This document shows, piece after piece, positions 49,791 to 64,000 of a stretch of DNA of 64,000 bases (the first letter of the stretch is position 1; every line of letters starts with the position of its first letter). Both the position numbers and the translations under genes were made by a program. The DNA comes from Arcobacteraceae bacterium (lineage in GTDB: Bacteria > Campylobacterota > Campylobacteria > Campylobacterales > Arcobacteraceae): the NCBI GenBank assembly GCA_963662945.1, contig OY759974.1, forward strand, positions 640,001 to 704,000, written 5' to 3'. The notes beneath the pieces are model-generated. The model saw only the letters and a list, made by a program, of their open reading frames with translations, had not been told where the DNA came from and searched no databases.

Positions 49791-50924
49791 TTATTTATTA
49801 TAGTCTAAAACAAAAATATCATTTTTATTAAAAACTTTGGCAAAATTATCCTCTATATATTTCAATATTTCGTGATCATGAATACTAGTAAATATTACAA
49901 TTTTATCACTACTAACTATCTCTTCTCTTACTTCATCAGGTGTAAATACTTCATAATTATCTAAATAGTTTTTTTTATCTTTATTGGAATCAACTATTGT
50001 TACATTTTTATTTATAAATTCCCCTTAAGCAATTAAATCAAGAAAATTTTGGTTAACACCCCAAAGTAAGAAGTTTTTATTTTTTTCATTATTAATAAAT
50101 TCATGCATTTTCTTTATACTTTCGTTAAAAGTATTTATGTGCTTAATACCATCTAGTACTAGTGATTTATTTTTTAAATAGTTATTATTTAATAAAAGCT
50201 TTTTATTTTTATTAGTCTTTTTAAAAGATGCTACGAATCCATAACTCCTACTACAATCTTCTTTAGAGTAATTAATCATTTCAAAACCTGAGTTATTGCA
50301 AAGATATTCTAAAGAGTCTTTTGTAAAGTGCTGCATATGTTCAAACAACTTCAGTGCACTTATATCTTTATCATAATCTTCTAAATCAGGAACTTCTATT
50401 ATCATAATTCCTTCATCATGTAAACTTTCATAACACTCTTGTAAAAAAACTTGTGGATTTACAATATGCTCTAAAACAAAATAATGAGCTATTATATTGG
50501 CTTTTTCTGTTGAAATATTATCCATACTGTTACTATCAACGTCAACATTAACATTAATATCCATAGTTTTTACAGTTTGGAACTTTTTCTTAAGTTCTTT
50601 GTGAAATATACTCTGAGAGTTTGCACCTATTTCAATATATAAGTCAGCTTGAAAGTCATGTTTCATAATAAAGTTTATTCTTTTCTCATACATGTAATCT
50701 AAACTATAATGAGCTAAGCTGTCTCCATAAAAATCACCTAAATCTTTTTCTGATACAGCAGGATTCATAAAAAAATGTCCACATTCTTTACAAATCACAT
50801 TATTTACATCAAACTCCAAAAAAAAATTTTTTGTTTTAGTTATAGCTTTATACTTATAAAGTAACTCATTATTATTAGAATCACATATGTCACAAGCTTT
50901 TTTTAAGTACGAAAAGTAGTTCGT
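49791..50924 (-). pseudogene. Zn-motif methyltransferase with ACG in place of ATG and an internal in-frame TAA
   Basis: One frame from ACG 50924 (CDIC..CKEC, EIGAN, VLEHI, EVP) through TAA 50027-50025, then 77 further sense codons (IVDSNKDK..) to TAA 49793-49791. Confidence 0.8.
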
Positions 50925-50925
50925 T

Positions 50926-51915
50926 TTATCCCTTTAAAAACTGATTTAGTAGCTTATCGTTTATATTAACCTTATCAATTTCAGTTATTTTAATCAACAA
51001 TTCTCTAAAGTCTAATCCATGCTGTTCAGAAAACATTTTTACCTTATCTTCATAAGCTGAATGAAACCCTACGCAACCATAAAGAATATCATCTTCTTTT
51101 AAAGAGAAAACTCTACCTTTTGATAAAAGATATTCTTTAAATTTCTCAGATAAAACCAAGGTATCAAGAAAAAACCTTTTATCCATAGTTTTTTCTTGTT
51201 TATTCATTATGGCCAGAATGCTTTCAGTTGCTACATTCCCTCCACTTCTGCCTATCCCACCAAGTGTTGTGTCAATATATTCTACACCCATTTCAATTGA
51301 TGTCAAGGCATTAGCCATAGCTAAGCCCAAGTTATTATGCCCATGAAAACCTAAGGCATTAAAAGTAGCTTTTTCATTTATCTCCCCAAAGTATTTTTTA
51401 ATGTCACTTGGCAACATATAACCTGCAGAGTCTACTACATACAACACATCTACCGTATCTTCTAAACCTTTAATAGATTGTATTAACTCTAATGGAGTTA
51501 CAGTATAACTTTTCATAATATTTAATGCAACAAAAAAACCCATTGTTTTTATTTTATCAATTATCGGATAATATTTCACTATATCATTAGCTTCCACTCC
51601 TATCCTTACTCCATATAAACCAAATTCTTTTGGGATCTTCAAGTCATTAAGTGAAGATATTGACGGAATAAAAAATGAGAAAAATTTATTATTTAATAAC
51701 AATGGCGATAGTTTTTCATATAATTCTGGATCTGTAAAACCTGATGTAAATTTTTTATATGCACCTATTCCAAGTCCATGACCTACTTCTATATGATCAA
51801 AACCAGATTCTAAAAACTTATTTGCAAATTTATAAATATTTTCACTATCAATTAAAAAATCTAATATATATAATCCATCTCTCAATGTATTTTCTAATAT
51901 TTTTACTTTATTCAA
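50926..51915 (-). CDS. 4-hydroxy-2-oxovalerate aldolase-like (DmpG/DRE-TIM) enzyme
   Basis: TLRDG, EVGHGLG, VDSAG, HGHNNLGLA, GIGRSGGN. Confidence 0.85.
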   Translation of the reverse strand: MNKVKILENTLRDGLYILDFLIDSENIYKFANKFLESGFDHIEVGHGLGIGAYKKFTSGFTDPELYEKLSPLLLNNKFFSFFIPSISSLNDLKIPKEFGLYGVRIGVEANDIVKYYPIIDKIKTMGFFVALNIMKSYTVTPLELIQSIKGLEDTVDVLYVVDSAGYMLPSDIKKYFGEINEKATFNALGFHGHNNLGLAMANALTSIEMGVEYIDTTLGGIGRSGGNVATESILAIMNKQEKTMDKRFFLDTLVLSEKFKEYLLSKGRVFSLKEDDILYGCVGFHSAYEDKVKMFSEQHGLDFRELLIKITEIDKVNINDKLLNQFLKG

Positions 51916-53116
51916 TTTCTACTCTTAATTGTTTAATTAATTTATCTAAAGTATTATTTAATTCTTTTTTATCATTAGAAGAAACAATAATCATACCATG
52001 TCTATCTGCACCATTTTTTATCTTTCTGAGATAATCCCCTTTTTTAATAAAAAGGTTAACCTTTAAAACATTATTGCTTTTTAAAAGTAAATCAATTCCA
52101 CTAATATTTTTCACAACACCTTCTTTATTATCTGAGAATTGAAAAAACTTCATTAAAACAGGATTATTTAAAACCACTATATTTTCATCAAACTTATAAT
52201 CAATATTCAAACAATCCTTAATATAAAAATCTAAAATATCTATTCCTGTATAGTAAGGAAGAATTATTTCTGATGTATAAACTCCACCCCCCCTATTTGC
52301 CATTTCAGTTAAATAAATATTATCTTCTTCATCTATAATAAATTCACCATGAATGAATCCAAAATCAAATCCTAAGCTACGTGCAACAAATTCAGCATTC
52401 TTCAAAGCTTTTTTGTACATCACTTCTGTAAGATTTGCTGGATAAGTTATCTCTTCATCTATAATATATCCTTTCTCTTTTAACTTACCCTTAGTTGCTA
52501 CGGCTAATGCTCTTACATCATTATTTTTAAATTTATATCCATCTACGGTAATATGAGTACCTTCAATAAATCGTTCAATTATTACAAGTCTTGAATGAGA
52601 GTTTATTAATGAGTCATAAAATGCATTTTCAATATCATCATTATTATTAATTCTATTTACACCAAAACTTCCTCTATTATCAACAGGTTTTATAATTAAT
52701 GGATAACCATATTCTCTAACAAACTCTTTTACATCTTCTATTGATGTACATAACTTAAATTCAGGTATTAAAACAGCTTTTTTCTTTGCTTCTGTTCGCT
52801 GTAGATATTTATTTGAAGAAAGTTGTGCATTTTTAATTTTAGGACCAGCTAAATTAAATTTATCTGCTATTATAGACTGTGCAAATTGGCTGTAATCACA
52901 CTCATCCGATATTACTGCATCTGGCTTAATTATGTGTGCAAAATCTATAATACTTTCTAAATCTCTAATATCTGTAATTAATACATCTTTATATTTAGGC
53001 TTTTTATAATAATTTTTATTATAATGAACACCATATATTTCAACTTCATATTCACTTAACTTATCTAATAAAGGTTCTTGCTCCCACCCTAGGTTTATTA
53101 CTAATATTCGTTTCAT
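51908..53116 (-). CDS. ATP-grasp ligase
   Basis: PLIIKPVDNRGSFGV, ERFIEG, HGEF, EMANRGGG. Confidence 0.87.
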   Translation of the reverse strand: MKRILVINLGWEQEPLLDKLSEYEVEIYGVHYNKNYYKKPKYKDVLITDIRDLESIIDFAHIIKPDAVISDECDYSQFAQSIIADKFNLAGPKIKNAQLSSNKYLQRTEAKKKAVLIPEFKLCTSIEDVKEFVREYGYPLIIKPVDNRGSFGVNRINNNDDIENAFYDSLINSHSRLVIIERFIEGTHITVDGYKFKNNDVRALAVATKGKLKEKGYIIDEEITYPANLTEVMYKKALKNAEFVARSLGFDFGFIHGEFIIDEEDNIYLTEMANRGGGVYTSEIILPYYTGIDILDFYIKDCLNIDYKFDENIVVLNNPVLMKFFQFSDNKEGVVKNISGIDLLLKSNNVLKVNLFIKKGDYLRKIKNGADRHGMIIVSSNDKKELNNTLDKLIKQLRVEIE

Positions 53117-54123
53117 TAATTTTTTCCTTTTATTTTAGACCAAGTTAATAACTGACCCTTTGTAAGTTTACAAGAAGTTTGCATATTTTTTATTATAAAG
53201 TCTAAATCTCTACAATCTATCCCTTGAGGGTGACGTTTATATTCAAAATCATCAAGACAGAACGATTCATTCTCATTTTTATCTTTTTTTAATATCAATC
53301 TATAAAGAATATTCTCTTTAAAACTTTTTTCTTCTGTTTCCAGTTCCGTTCTGTCTTTTCTTTCAAGAGCAGATTCAATTGCTCTTATACCCTTTACCAT
53401 ATTTCTAAATTGGTCGGGTAATATAGAAATTGAAGCATCTGGTATAGGAAGGTTTTTATCGGTAGTAAAGTGACGCTCAATAATTTTAGCACCTAACGTA
53501 ACAGCAGATAAAGAAGCATAGATCCCTTCAGTATGATCAGAGTACCCGACTGTCTTATTGAACATACTTTTATAAACCTCTATTAAATGTAAATTAGCTT
53601 TTTCATACGGAGTTGGGTATAAACTATTACAATGAAATATCGCAAAGTTATCATGGTTATAGTTATTGAACATTTTAACTACCTTTTCTAAATCACTGTA
53701 TGATACAATTCCTGTTGATAGCAGAGTTGGTTTTTTTAGTTTTATAACTGCATCAATTAGCTGAGGAAATGTTCCTATTTGTGCAGAAGCAAGCTTATAG
53801 ATTTCAACATTTAATTTTTCAAGTAAATCAATAGCTTTTAAATATGTTGGCGAAGAATGAAAAAGAATATCCACTTTATCACAATAGTCTTTTAAGTCAT
53901 AATGCCATTTTTCATCAAGATCAATTTTTTTATGTAGTTCTTTAATCTTTTCATTTGGTGAAAAATATAATTCATTCACATTTATAGATTGAAATTTTAC
54001 TGCATCAGCTCCTGATTCTTTTGCTGCTAAGATCATCTCTTTTGCCAGACTAAGGTCTTGATTATGATTTGAACCAATTTCAGCTATTATATATGTTTTT
54101 TCAAGTTTATTAAAATTAATCAT
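53116..54123 (-). CDS. NeuB/PseI-family nonulosonic acid synthase
   Basis: IIAEIGSNHN, GADAVKFQ, KLAS, LSTG, HCNSLYP, GYSDHT, IERHFT; follows pseG. Confidence 0.92.
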   Translation of the reverse strand: MINFNKLEKTYIIAEIGSNHNQDLSLAKEMILAAKESGADAVKFQSINVNELYFSPNEKIKELHKKIDLDEKWHYDLKDYCDKVDILFHSSPTYLKAIDLLEKLNVEIYKLASAQIGTFPQLIDAVIKLKKPTLLSTGIVSYSDLEKVVKMFNNYNHDNFAIFHCNSLYPTPYEKANLHLIEVYKSMFNKTVGYSDHTEGIYASLSAVTLGAKIIERHFTTDKNLPIPDASISILPDQFRNMVKGIRAIESALERKDRTELETEEKSFKENILYRLILKKDKNENESFCLDDFEYKRHPQGIDCRDLDFIIKNMQTSCKLTKGQLLTWSKIKGKN

Positions 54124-55057
54124 TTTTAACCTTTTCTAGTTTAAGTTTATAGTTTTTTAAATTCTTTGATAGTCTAAGAATACTCTTTTGAAGTTTTTTC
54201 CTATTAAATCTTTCCATAGTTATCAATTTATTATTTTTAAAATAATTGTATATTTCTATTTGATCTTTTCCTGTTAATATAGAGACAAATGGAAGCCCCA
54301 TATAAATCACTTCATGAGATATTACACTTGGCGATATTATAGCAAAATCACATTGATTCATAATATTTGCTATATTATTTGAATCAATATGCAATTTTAT
54401 ATATTTTTTGTTGGAAACATACTTTTGAATCTTTTTCAAGTTTTTATTTGATGATGTTGTAACGATATTTATCTTATACATACAAGAGATTGATTTTAAT
54501 ATATCTAAGACGATATTTGCATGGTCACTTCCTCCCATTGCAATAAAAATTAATTTTTTATTTTGTTTGATTCTTTTTTTCTTTCTCTCTTTTGCTTTTA
54601 AAAATTCATCTCTAATTAAAGTAAACTTACTTCCACATCTAATTTCACATCCTTTTGGAACCAACTTCTCATATCTTTTTTCATCAGCATTAATGTTATG
54701 ATTTAATAAAATATCACAATAATGCCTTTTATACATATCATCAAAGCTTAGAATTTTTAATGATATGTTTTGTGTTTTTAATTCTTTTTCTTGAATATAA
54801 TCTATATCATAATGATCAATGATCAATAAATTTATATGTAATTTTTTAATCAATTTATCAATTTCTTTTATATCATTACTTTTTAGTAGTTCTATTTTAA
54901 ATCCAGCTTCATCTATCTTATAATTTATATTACCATCTAATTCTTGAGTCGCAAAAACTATATTTGCTTTTGGATACTGATTTGCAAGGACTAGATCTCT
55001 CATTATATGTCCCATACCTATGAGGGAAGATGAATCGGCTCGAAATAAAATATTCAT
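54116..55057 (-). CDS. pseG: UDP-2,4-diacetamido-2,4,6-trideoxy-beta-L-altropyranose hydrolase
   Basis: FRADSSSLIGMGHIMRDLVLA, IDHY, MGGSD. Confidence 0.9.
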   Translation of the reverse strand: MNILFRADSSSLIGMGHIMRDLVLANQYPKANIVFATQELDGNINYKIDEAGFKIELLKSNDIKEIDKLIKKLHINLLIIDHYDIDYIQEKELKTQNISLKILSFDDMYKRHYCDILLNHNINADEKRYEKLVPKGCEIRCGSKFTLIRDEFLKAKERKKKRIKQNKKLIFIAMGGSDHANIVLDILKSISCMYKINIVTTSSNKNLKKIQKYVSNKKYIKLHIDSNNIANIMNQCDFAIISPSVISHEVIYMGLPFVSILTGKDQIEIYNYFKNNKLITMERFNRKKLQKSILRLSKNLKNYKLKLEKVKND

Positions 55058-55773
55058 TATTTAACTTCACCACTATTTTTTAAAGCTTGATACATATACT
55101 CTGCTCTTATCCAATCTTCTAGGGTATCTATGTCTTGTACCAAATGTCTTGGAAGTATTATAGGTATACTTATACCACTAAATATTACTTGATTGTTACT
55201 ATTCTTTTGTCTTCTTCTATTAGTCCAGTAAAACTGTCCTGCATCTTGATAGGCTTCTTCCAAATCTTGACTTCTACTCATATAGTATTCAGGGGTAAAC
55301 ATCTCACACCTGCCATTTTGATCTAACTTAAAAGTTCTTTGAATAGGAAATGGCATTGATGTAGCACTAAAAGCATTTACAGCATCACTATTTTTTAATT
55401 CTTCATAACCTTCTATTAAATACTTTTTTTGAAGTAATGGAGCCGTTGCATATATTGTGCATACATAATCATACTCTTCTCCTTGATGCTCGAGGTAGCT
55501 GATAGCATGGTTTACAACTTCATTAGTACCTGTAAAATCATCGCTAAGTTGTGCTGGTCTTACAAATGGAACCTCAGCACCATATTTTTTAGAAATTTCA
55601 GCAATTTGTTCATCATCAGTTGAGACAATTATTTTATCAAATATTTGCGAAGCTATTGCAACTTCTATACTATATGAGATTAGAGGTTTACCAAAAAATG
55701 ATTTTATATTCTTTTGAGGTATTCTTTTACTTCCGCCACGTGCGGGAATAATTGCAATTGCATTTTTTTTCAT
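55057..55773 (-). CDS. pseF: Pseudaminic acid cytidylyltransferase
   Basis: IPARGGSKRIPQKN, YATAP, RSQDLEEAYQDAGQFY, DIDT. Confidence 0.92.
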   Translation of the reverse strand: MKKNAIAIIPARGGSKRIPQKNIKSFFGKPLISYSIEVAIASQIFDKIIVSTDDEQIAEISKKYGAEVPFVRPAQLSDDFTGTNEVVNHAISYLEHQGEEYDYVCTIYATAPLLQKKYLIEGYEELKNSDAVNAFSATSMPFPIQRTFKLDQNGRCEMFTPEYYMSRSQDLEEAYQDAGQFYWTNRRRQKNSNNQVIFSGISIPIILPRHLVQDIDTLEDWIRAEYMYQALKNSGEVK

Positions 55774-56901
55774 TTAATTTAAAATCTCCAATAATGTTTT
55801 TATGGTATATATTTGTTCTTCATTGCTTAAAGATGAATACATAGGAAGAGAAAAACACTCTTCATAATATTTATCCATAACAGGAGTATATTCCATTCCA
55901 TAGCCTAATTTTTTATAATATGGCTGTTTATTAATAGGAATATAATGCAATTGAATTCCTATATCTTTTTCTTTTAATTTATTAAATAATTCAACTTTAT
56001 TTATTGCTAATTTTGTAAAGTCCACTTGTACAACATAAAGATGATAAGAGGATTTCCCATCGTTAAATGTGTATAATGGCTTTACTATAGTATTCTTAAA
56101 TGCTTCATCATAAACTTTTGCAATTTCAAACCTTCTTATAATAAAATCATCTAATTTAGATAATTGCGATAAGCCCAAAGCACATTGTATATCAGTAATA
56201 CGATAGTTGTATCCTAACTCTTGCATTTCATATTCCCAAGGTTTCATATCAGCACTTTTAACAATTCCATGACTTCTAAGAGAAAGAAGTTTTGTATATA
56301 TTTCCTGAGAATTTGTTGTAATAGCTCCACCTTCTGCTGTAGTAATATGTTTCACTGGATGAAATGAAAATATACTGCAATCACTATTTAAACAACTTCC
56401 TGCTTTTACTTCATTATATTTTGCTCCAATTGCATGTGCACAATCTTCTAAAATAAGAACATTATAAGTATTTTTTAAATATCTAAGTTTTTGCTGATTT
56501 AGCATATTACCACTAAATGCAACTCCATAAATCGCTTTAATGGAACTATCTTTTTTTAATTCTTCTTCACATAAATCTAAATTAATATTTCCATCTTCTG
56601 CAATATCCACAAAAACTGGTTTAGCTCCCACATAAAGAATACTATTCGATGTAGCTAAAAAAGAGTTTGGAGTGGTGAGAACTTTATCATTTTTATTAAG
56701 TAAGCATAGTGAAGCTAAATGAAGTGCAGCTGTTCCATTTGCTACAGCTACAGCATATTTTGAACCACAATAATTACTTAAAGCATTTTCAAACTCTTCA
56801 ATCTTAGGACCTGTTGTAAGATAATCTGACTTTAAAGTTTCTACTACAATATCAATATCATTTTTATCTATAAATTGTTTACCATAAGGAATAAATTTCA
56901 T
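55774..56901 (-). CDS. pseC: UDP-4-amino-4,6-dideoxy-N-acetyl-beta-L-altrosamine transaminase
   Basis: IPYGKQ, LTTGP, EDCAHA, FSFHPVKHITTAEGG. Confidence 0.93.
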   Translation of the reverse strand: MKFIPYGKQFIDKNDIDIVVETLKSDYLTTGPKIEEFENALSNYCGSKYAVAVANGTAALHLASLCLLNKNDKVLTTPNSFLATSNSILYVGAKPVFVDIAEDGNINLDLCEEELKKDSSIKAIYGVAFSGNMLNQQKLRYLKNTYNVLILEDCAHAIGAKYNEVKAGSCLNSDCSIFSFHPVKHITTAEGGAITTNSQEIYTKLLSLRSHGIVKSADMKPWEYEMQELGYNYRITDIQCALGLSQLSKLDDFIIRRFEIAKVYDEAFKNTIVKPLYTFNDGKSSYHLYVVQVDFTKLAINKVELFNKLKEKDIGIQLHYIPINKQPYYKKLGYGMEYTPVMDKYYEECFSLPMYSSLSNEEQIYTIKTLLEILN

Positions 56902-56905
56902 ATTA

Positions 56906-59573
<2,668 letters not shown>

Positions 59574-60818
59574 TTACAATCTTCCATCAGCATTATCCAC
59601 AATAGATTTTATATCATAAATAATTTGGTTATTATTGCAAAATTTTAATTTTTTATATTTATCATGACTTACAGCTAAAACAATGGCGTCATAATCATCA
59701 AAAGAAACTTCTTCAATTAATTTTAATCGATATTCATGTAAGACTTCATCTTTATCTGCCCAGTAATCACTTACATCCACATTACATCCAAATTCTTGTA
59801 ATTCTTGGATCACATCTATTACTCTAGAGTTTCTTATATCCGGACAATTCTCTTTAAATGTTATCCCAAGTACAAGTACTTTTGAACCTTCTATTTTATG
59901 CCCTTTTTTAATCATAAGTTTTATCACTTGATTTGCTACATAAATACCCATATTATCATTAAGTCTTCTTCCAGCTAATATAATTTCTGGGTTGTATCCT
60001 ACTTCTTGGGCTTTATGTGTAAGATAGTATGGATCGACTCCTATACAATGTCCTCCAACAAGCCCTGGTCTAAATGGTAAAAAATTCCATTTTGTTCCTG
60101 CTGCTTCTAAGACTGCATTTGTATCAATATTCAATTTATTAAAAATCATAGCAAGTTCATTTACAAAAGCAATATTAATATCCCTTTGTGAGTTTTCTAT
60201 TACTTTCGCAGCTTCTGCAACTTTAATTGTCGGAGCTAGATGAGTACCTGCAATGATAATACTCGCATACAATTCATTTACTTTCTTTCCAATTGCAGGA
60301 GTAGAACCACTTGTAACTTTTAAAATTTTAGTGACTGTGTGTTCTTTATCTCCTGGATTTATTCTCTCTGGGCTATATCCACAAAAAAAGTCTTTATTAA
60401 ACTTTAAACCACTGAATTTTTCTAATACTGGAACACAATCTTCTTCTGTTGCACCAGGATATACTGTAGATTCATAAATAACAATATCATCTTTTTTCAA
60501 AACTTTTCCAATTGTTTCACTTGCCTTTATGAGAGGCGTTAAATCTGGTTTTTTATGTTTATCTATAGGAGTTGGAACTGTTACTATATAAATATTACAA
60601 TCTTTGATATCATCAGTATTTAAAGTAAATTTCATTTTATTGTTTAATGCTTCTTTAACTTGTGCTTCACTTAACTCTAAAGTTCTATCATATCCTTGAT
60701 TTAACTCATCTATTCTCCATGATGATATATCAAAACCAATTACTTCATACTTTGAACTAAACGCATGTGCTAATGGTAATCCAACATATCCTAAACCTAT
60801 TACACAAATTTTATCCAT
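59574..60818 (-). CDS. UDP-HexNAc 6-dehydrogenase (TviB/WbpO type)
   Basis: [30 protein letters not shown]. Confidence 0.92.
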   Translation of the reverse strand: MDKICVIGLGYVGLPLAHAFSSKYEVIGFDISSWRIDELNQGYDRTLELSEAQVKEALNNKMKFTLNTDDIKDCNIYIVTVPTPIDKHKKPDLTPLIKASETIGKVLKKDDIVIYESTVYPGATEEDCVPVLEKFSGLKFNKDFFCGYSPERINPGDKEHTVTKILKVTSGSTPAIGKKVNELYASIIIAGTHLAPTIKVAEAAKVIENSQRDINIAFVNELAMIFNKLNIDTNAVLEAAGTKWNFLPFRPGLVGGHCIGVDPYYLTHKAQEVGYNPEIILAGRRLNDNMGIYVANQVIKLMIKKGHKIEGSKVLVLGITFKENCPDIRNSRVIDVIQELQEFGCNVDVSDYWADKDEVLHEYRLKLIEEVSFDDYDAIVLAVSHDKYKKLKFCNNNQIIYDIKSIVDNADGRL

Positions 60819-61863
60819 TTATTTTATTTCCCTCTTTATCATAATTAAAAAATTCTAAATACCACTCTACAAACTTATTAATACCTTCTTGAACAGGTGT
60901 TGCTGGCTTATAATCCAACTCCTCAACCAAATCTGTCACATCAGCGTATGTAGCTGGTACATCTCCAGCTTGCAATGGCATCATATTTTTTTCTATAGTT
61001 CGTCCCAATTTATTTTCAATAGCAGTTATAAAGTCCATAAGTTTTACAGGATTATTATTCCCAATATTATAAATTTTATATGGTGGAATATTGGTTCTTG
61101 GATTGTCAATCACACGAACTATACCTTCAACTATATCATCAATGTAAGTAAAATCTCTTAACATCTCACCATTATTAAATACATCAATCGCTTTTCCTTC
61201 AAGAGCAGCTTTGGTAAATAAAAATAAAGCCATATCTGGTCTTCCCCATGGTCCATAAACTGTAAAAAAACGTAATCCAGTTGTTGATATACCAAAAAGA
61301 TGACTATAAGTATGAGCCATAAGTTCATTTGACTTTTTACTTGCTGCATAAAGAGAAATTGGATGATCTACATTATCACTTGTACTAAAAGGAAGTTTTG
61401 TATTTGAACCATATACACTTGAACTACTTGCATAAGATAAATTCTTCACATTATGATGTCTACATGATTCTAGGATATTCATAAATCCTATAATATTACT
61501 TCCCATATAAGCATCTGGATTTGTTAAACTATATCTTACACCTGCCTGTGCTGCAAGATTACATACTGCATCAAATTTTTCAGATTCAAATAGCTTAAAC
61601 ATAGCTTCTTTATCTTCAAGATTTAACTTAATAAATTTATAATTTGAATTATTTTTAGAGATTAAAAGTTTTCCATAAGGGATATTTTTTCCTTCTTCTA
61701 ATGACTGAATAATACCACCTCTTTGTAATCTTCCATATTTTACATTTTGATCATAATAGTCATTAATATTGTCTAATCCCACTACCTCATCACCTCTTTC
61801 GAGTAATTTTTGAGCAAGGTGACTACCTATAAATCCAGCTGTTCCTGTTATCAATATTTTCAA
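60811..61863 (-). CDS. UDP-glucuronate 4-epimerase type NAD-dependent epimerase
   Basis: [33 protein letters not shown] start after GGGAG. Confidence 0.92.
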   Translation of the reverse strand: MKILITGTAGFIGSHLAQKLLERGDEVVGLDNINDYYDQNVKYGRLQRGGIIQSLEEGKNIPYGKLLISKNNSNYKFIKLNLEDKEAMFKLFESEKFDAVCNLAAQAGVRYSLTNPDAYMGSNIIGFMNILESCRHHNVKNLSYASSSSVYGSNTKLPFSTSDNVDHPISLYAASKKSNELMAHTYSHLFGISTTGLRFFTVYGPWGRPDMALFLFTKAALEGKAIDVFNNGEMLRDFTYIDDIVEGIVRVIDNPRTNIPPYKIYNIGNNNPVKLMDFITAIENKLGRTIEKNMMPLQAGDVPATYADVTDLVEELDYKPATPVQEGINKFVEWYLEFFNYDKEGNKING

Positions 61864-61875
61864 ATTAATCTCCCT

Positions 61876-63045
61876 TTAACTATCACTATTAAAGATATCT
61901 CTTGTGTATACTTTTTCTTTAACATCTAATATATTTTCACTTAATCTATTTGCAACTATTACATCACTTATTTTTTTAAATTCATCTAAATCTCTTATCA
62001 CTCTTGAATGAAAAAATTCTTTCTCATGTAAAACAGGTTCATATATAACTACTTCAATACCTTTAGCTTTTATTCGTTTCATAATTCCTTGTATAGCTGA
62101 ACTTCTAAAGTTATCACTACCCTCTTTCATAATAAGTCTATAAACTCCAACAATCTTTGGTTTTTTTGCGATAATACTATCTGCTATAAAATCTTTTCTA
62201 GTACTATTGGATTTTACAATTGCTTCTATTAAATTTGATGGTACATCTTTATAGTTAGCTAAAAGCTGTTTAGTATCTTTGGGTAAACAATATCCACCGT
62301 AACCAAAACTTGGATTATTATAATGTGTTCCAATTCGAGGGTCTAATCCTACTCCTTCAATTATTTGTTGCGTATCCAGTCCATGTGATTGAGCATAAGA
62401 ATCAAGCTCATTAAAATATGCAACTCTCATAGCCAAATATGTGTTTGCAAAAAGTTTAATTGCTTCTGCTTCTGTTGAATCAGTAAAAAGAATATCTATA
62501 TTTTCTTTTTTTGCACCTTGTAGCAAAAGGTTTGCAAAAATTTCTGCACGTTTACTCTTTTCACCAACTATAATTCTACTTGGATAAAGATTGTCATATA
62601 ATGCTTTACCTTCTCGTAAAAACTCTGGACTAAAAATTATATTATCAACCTGAAACTGTTCTTTTAATTTCTGTGTGTATCCTACTGGTATCGTTGATTT
62701 AATCACCATTACTGCATTTGGATTTATCGCTAACACATCAGAGATAACATATTCTATTGATTTTGTATTAAAATAGTTTGTTTCTGGATCATAATCTGTG
62801 GGAGTTGCAATAATCACATAATCTGTATTTAAATATGCTTCTTTTTTATCAAGTGTTGCTTTAAAATTTAGTGTTTCTTTTTGTAAATATTCTTTTATCT
62901 CTTTATCTTCAATTGGAGATATTTTTTTATTAATCATTTCAACTTTTTGGGGAATAATATCTAAGGCTATTACCTCATTATATTGAGAAAGTAAAATACC
63001 ATTTGACAATCCAACATATCCTGTCCCTGCTATTGCTATTTTCAA
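61876..63045 (-). CDS. ugd: UDP-glucose 6-dehydrogenase
   Basis: [27 protein letters not shown] start. Confidence 0.95.
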   Translation of the reverse strand: MKIAIAGTGYVGLSNGILLSQYNEVIALDIIPQKVEMINKKISPIEDKEIKEYLQKETLNFKATLDKKEAYLNTDYVIIATPTDYDPETNYFNTKSIEYVISDVLAINPNAVMVIKSTIPVGYTQKLKEQFQVDNIIFSPEFLREGKALYDNLYPSRIIVGEKSKRAEIFANLLLQGAKKENIDILFTDSTEAEAIKLFANTYLAMRVAYFNELDSYAQSHGLDTQQIIEGVGLDPRIGTHYNNPSFGYGGYCLPKDTKQLLANYKDVPSNLIEAIVKSNSTRKDFIADSIIAKKPKIVGVYRLIMKEGSDNFRSSAIQGIMKRIKAKGIEVVIYEPVLHEKEFFHSRVIRDLDEFKKISDVIVANRLSENILDVKEKVYTRDIFNSDS

Positions 63046-63194
63046 TTAATTAGCCTTTATATAGTTATTCTTATTTATTGAATATGATTGTACTCTCTTT
63101 TTACTTTTAACCCAATTAGATATAACCTTTTTCATTAAGCTAAAATTTTCCTTAAATAAATTACAATATATTTTTAACTTGTAAGGTATGTGCT

Positions 63195-63446
63195 ATGGAT
63201 GATTATAACTTTATCTTGGGTGATGATGCTATTGATTTAAATATATTAGACACTCACGACTATACCTTATTTGAAAAAGAAAAAAAAGAACAAGAAGAGC
63301 TTGTACTTAAAACTATTCGTGAAGATTATGTGGCATTTTTAAGAGAGTACTATGAGGCTGATGAAAAACTTTTTGATATGGTTGAGGAACTTTTAGAAGA
63401 ATCTGAAGATCAAGAAAAACTGATGCAGATATTAAATAGCTTATAA
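63195..63446 (+). CDS. Small acidic hypothetical protein
   Basis: 83-aa ORF in intergenic space, AAGG RBS, D/E-rich. Confidence 0.65.
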   Translation: MDDYNFILGDDAIDLNILDTHDYTLFEKEKKEQEELVLKTIREDYVAFLREYYEADEKLFDMVEELLEESEDQEKLMQILNSL

Positions 63447-63451
63447 TAAAA

Positions 63452-64000
63452 CTAACGTAACTTTAACTCTTCAGGTTTCCCAAAATAATATCCTTGAGAG
63501 TAATCAACTCCCAAATCTTTTAAATAATCAAATATCTCTTTTGTTTCAACAAACTCTGCTATTGTTTGTATATTTTGTTTTTTGGCAAAAGTTACTATAG
63601 TTTCAACTATATTTCGACTATATTCATCGTGTACAATATTTTTAATTATACTTCCATCAATTTTTAAGATGTCTGGTTCAAATTTTAACAACCTCTCAAA
63701 ATTAGAATAACCCGCACCAAAATCATCAATAGCTATTGAAACTCCTTGAGCTTTTACTATTTTAACAAAACTAATAATATTATCAAAATCTTTAATATTT
63801 TCATCTTCTAAAAGTTCGAATACTATTCGTTGCTTATCATCCTTATACTCTTCAAGCAACTGATATATTTTATCTCTTGTTGCTTCTTTTTCAATATCTA
63901 TTGTTGATAGATTAATAGAAAGCTTTGTTGTGATAACTTTTAACATTTTAAAGGAATTTTCTAAAACTCTATCTGTGATTTTATTATAATATATCCCTTT
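63452..64000 (-). CDS. EAL domain protein, C-terminal part (5' end beyond the window)
   Basis: SINLS, FELLE, DDFGAGYSN, KIDG, AEFVE, SQGY; frame stays open to 64000. Confidence 0.9.
   Translation of the reverse strand, partial: KGIYYNKITDRVLENSFKMLKVITTKLSINLSTIDIEKEATRDKIYQLLEEYKDDKQRIVFELLEDENIKDFDNIISFVKIVKAQGVSIAIDDFGAGYSNFERLLKFEPDILKIDGSIIKNIVHDEYSRNIVETIVTFAKKQNIQTIAEFVETKEIFDYLKDLGVDYSQGYYFGKPEELKLR

Noticed and set aside
50818-50826. A9/T9 runs (also 3310-3318 and 59521-59529) as phase-variation sites
   Set aside because: All are in frame and such runs are expected in DNA this AT-rich
63046-63194. ops/JUMPstart antitermination element ahead of the long glycan cluster
   Set aside because: No GGCGGTAG-like sequence; only a possible -10 (TACAAT, 63092-63087)

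Overview
A very AT-rich window with Campylobacterota (Arcobacteraceae-like) gene content; the taxonomy is inferred, not shown. It has three parts. (1) 1-12.7 kb is an anaerobiosis/nitrogen-oxide island: NnrS-like, globin-EAL, HPP, SufT-like, DUF2249-like and MOSC genes, a NarX-type P-box kinase with an HD-GYP response regulator, moaA, class III ribonucleotide reductase and moeA. Five TTGAY-N4-RTCAW palindromes sit 21-22 nt from -10 hexamers (centre about -41.5) and appear to serve six promoters. NrdD is split: its glycyl-radical motif (RVMGY) lies on a separate 54-aa ORF missed by the ORF track. (2) 12.8-19.2 kb holds a CHASE/PAS hybrid kinase phosphorelay pair, lolA and RNase P RNA. (3) 19.2-63 kb is a ~44 kb minus-strand surface-glycan cluster. 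It contains a pseudaminic acid pathway lacking pseH, a second aldolase/KdsB-type ulosonic acid module, a CDP-6-deoxyhexose module, radical SAM, FemAB-like and methyltransferase tailoring genes, and a PglK-like flippase. It also carries two decayed genes: an FkbH-like relic, and a methyltransferase with an ACG start and an internal stop. No CRISPR, tRNA, rRNA or IS was seen. All family calls come from motif recognition by eye, without database searches.
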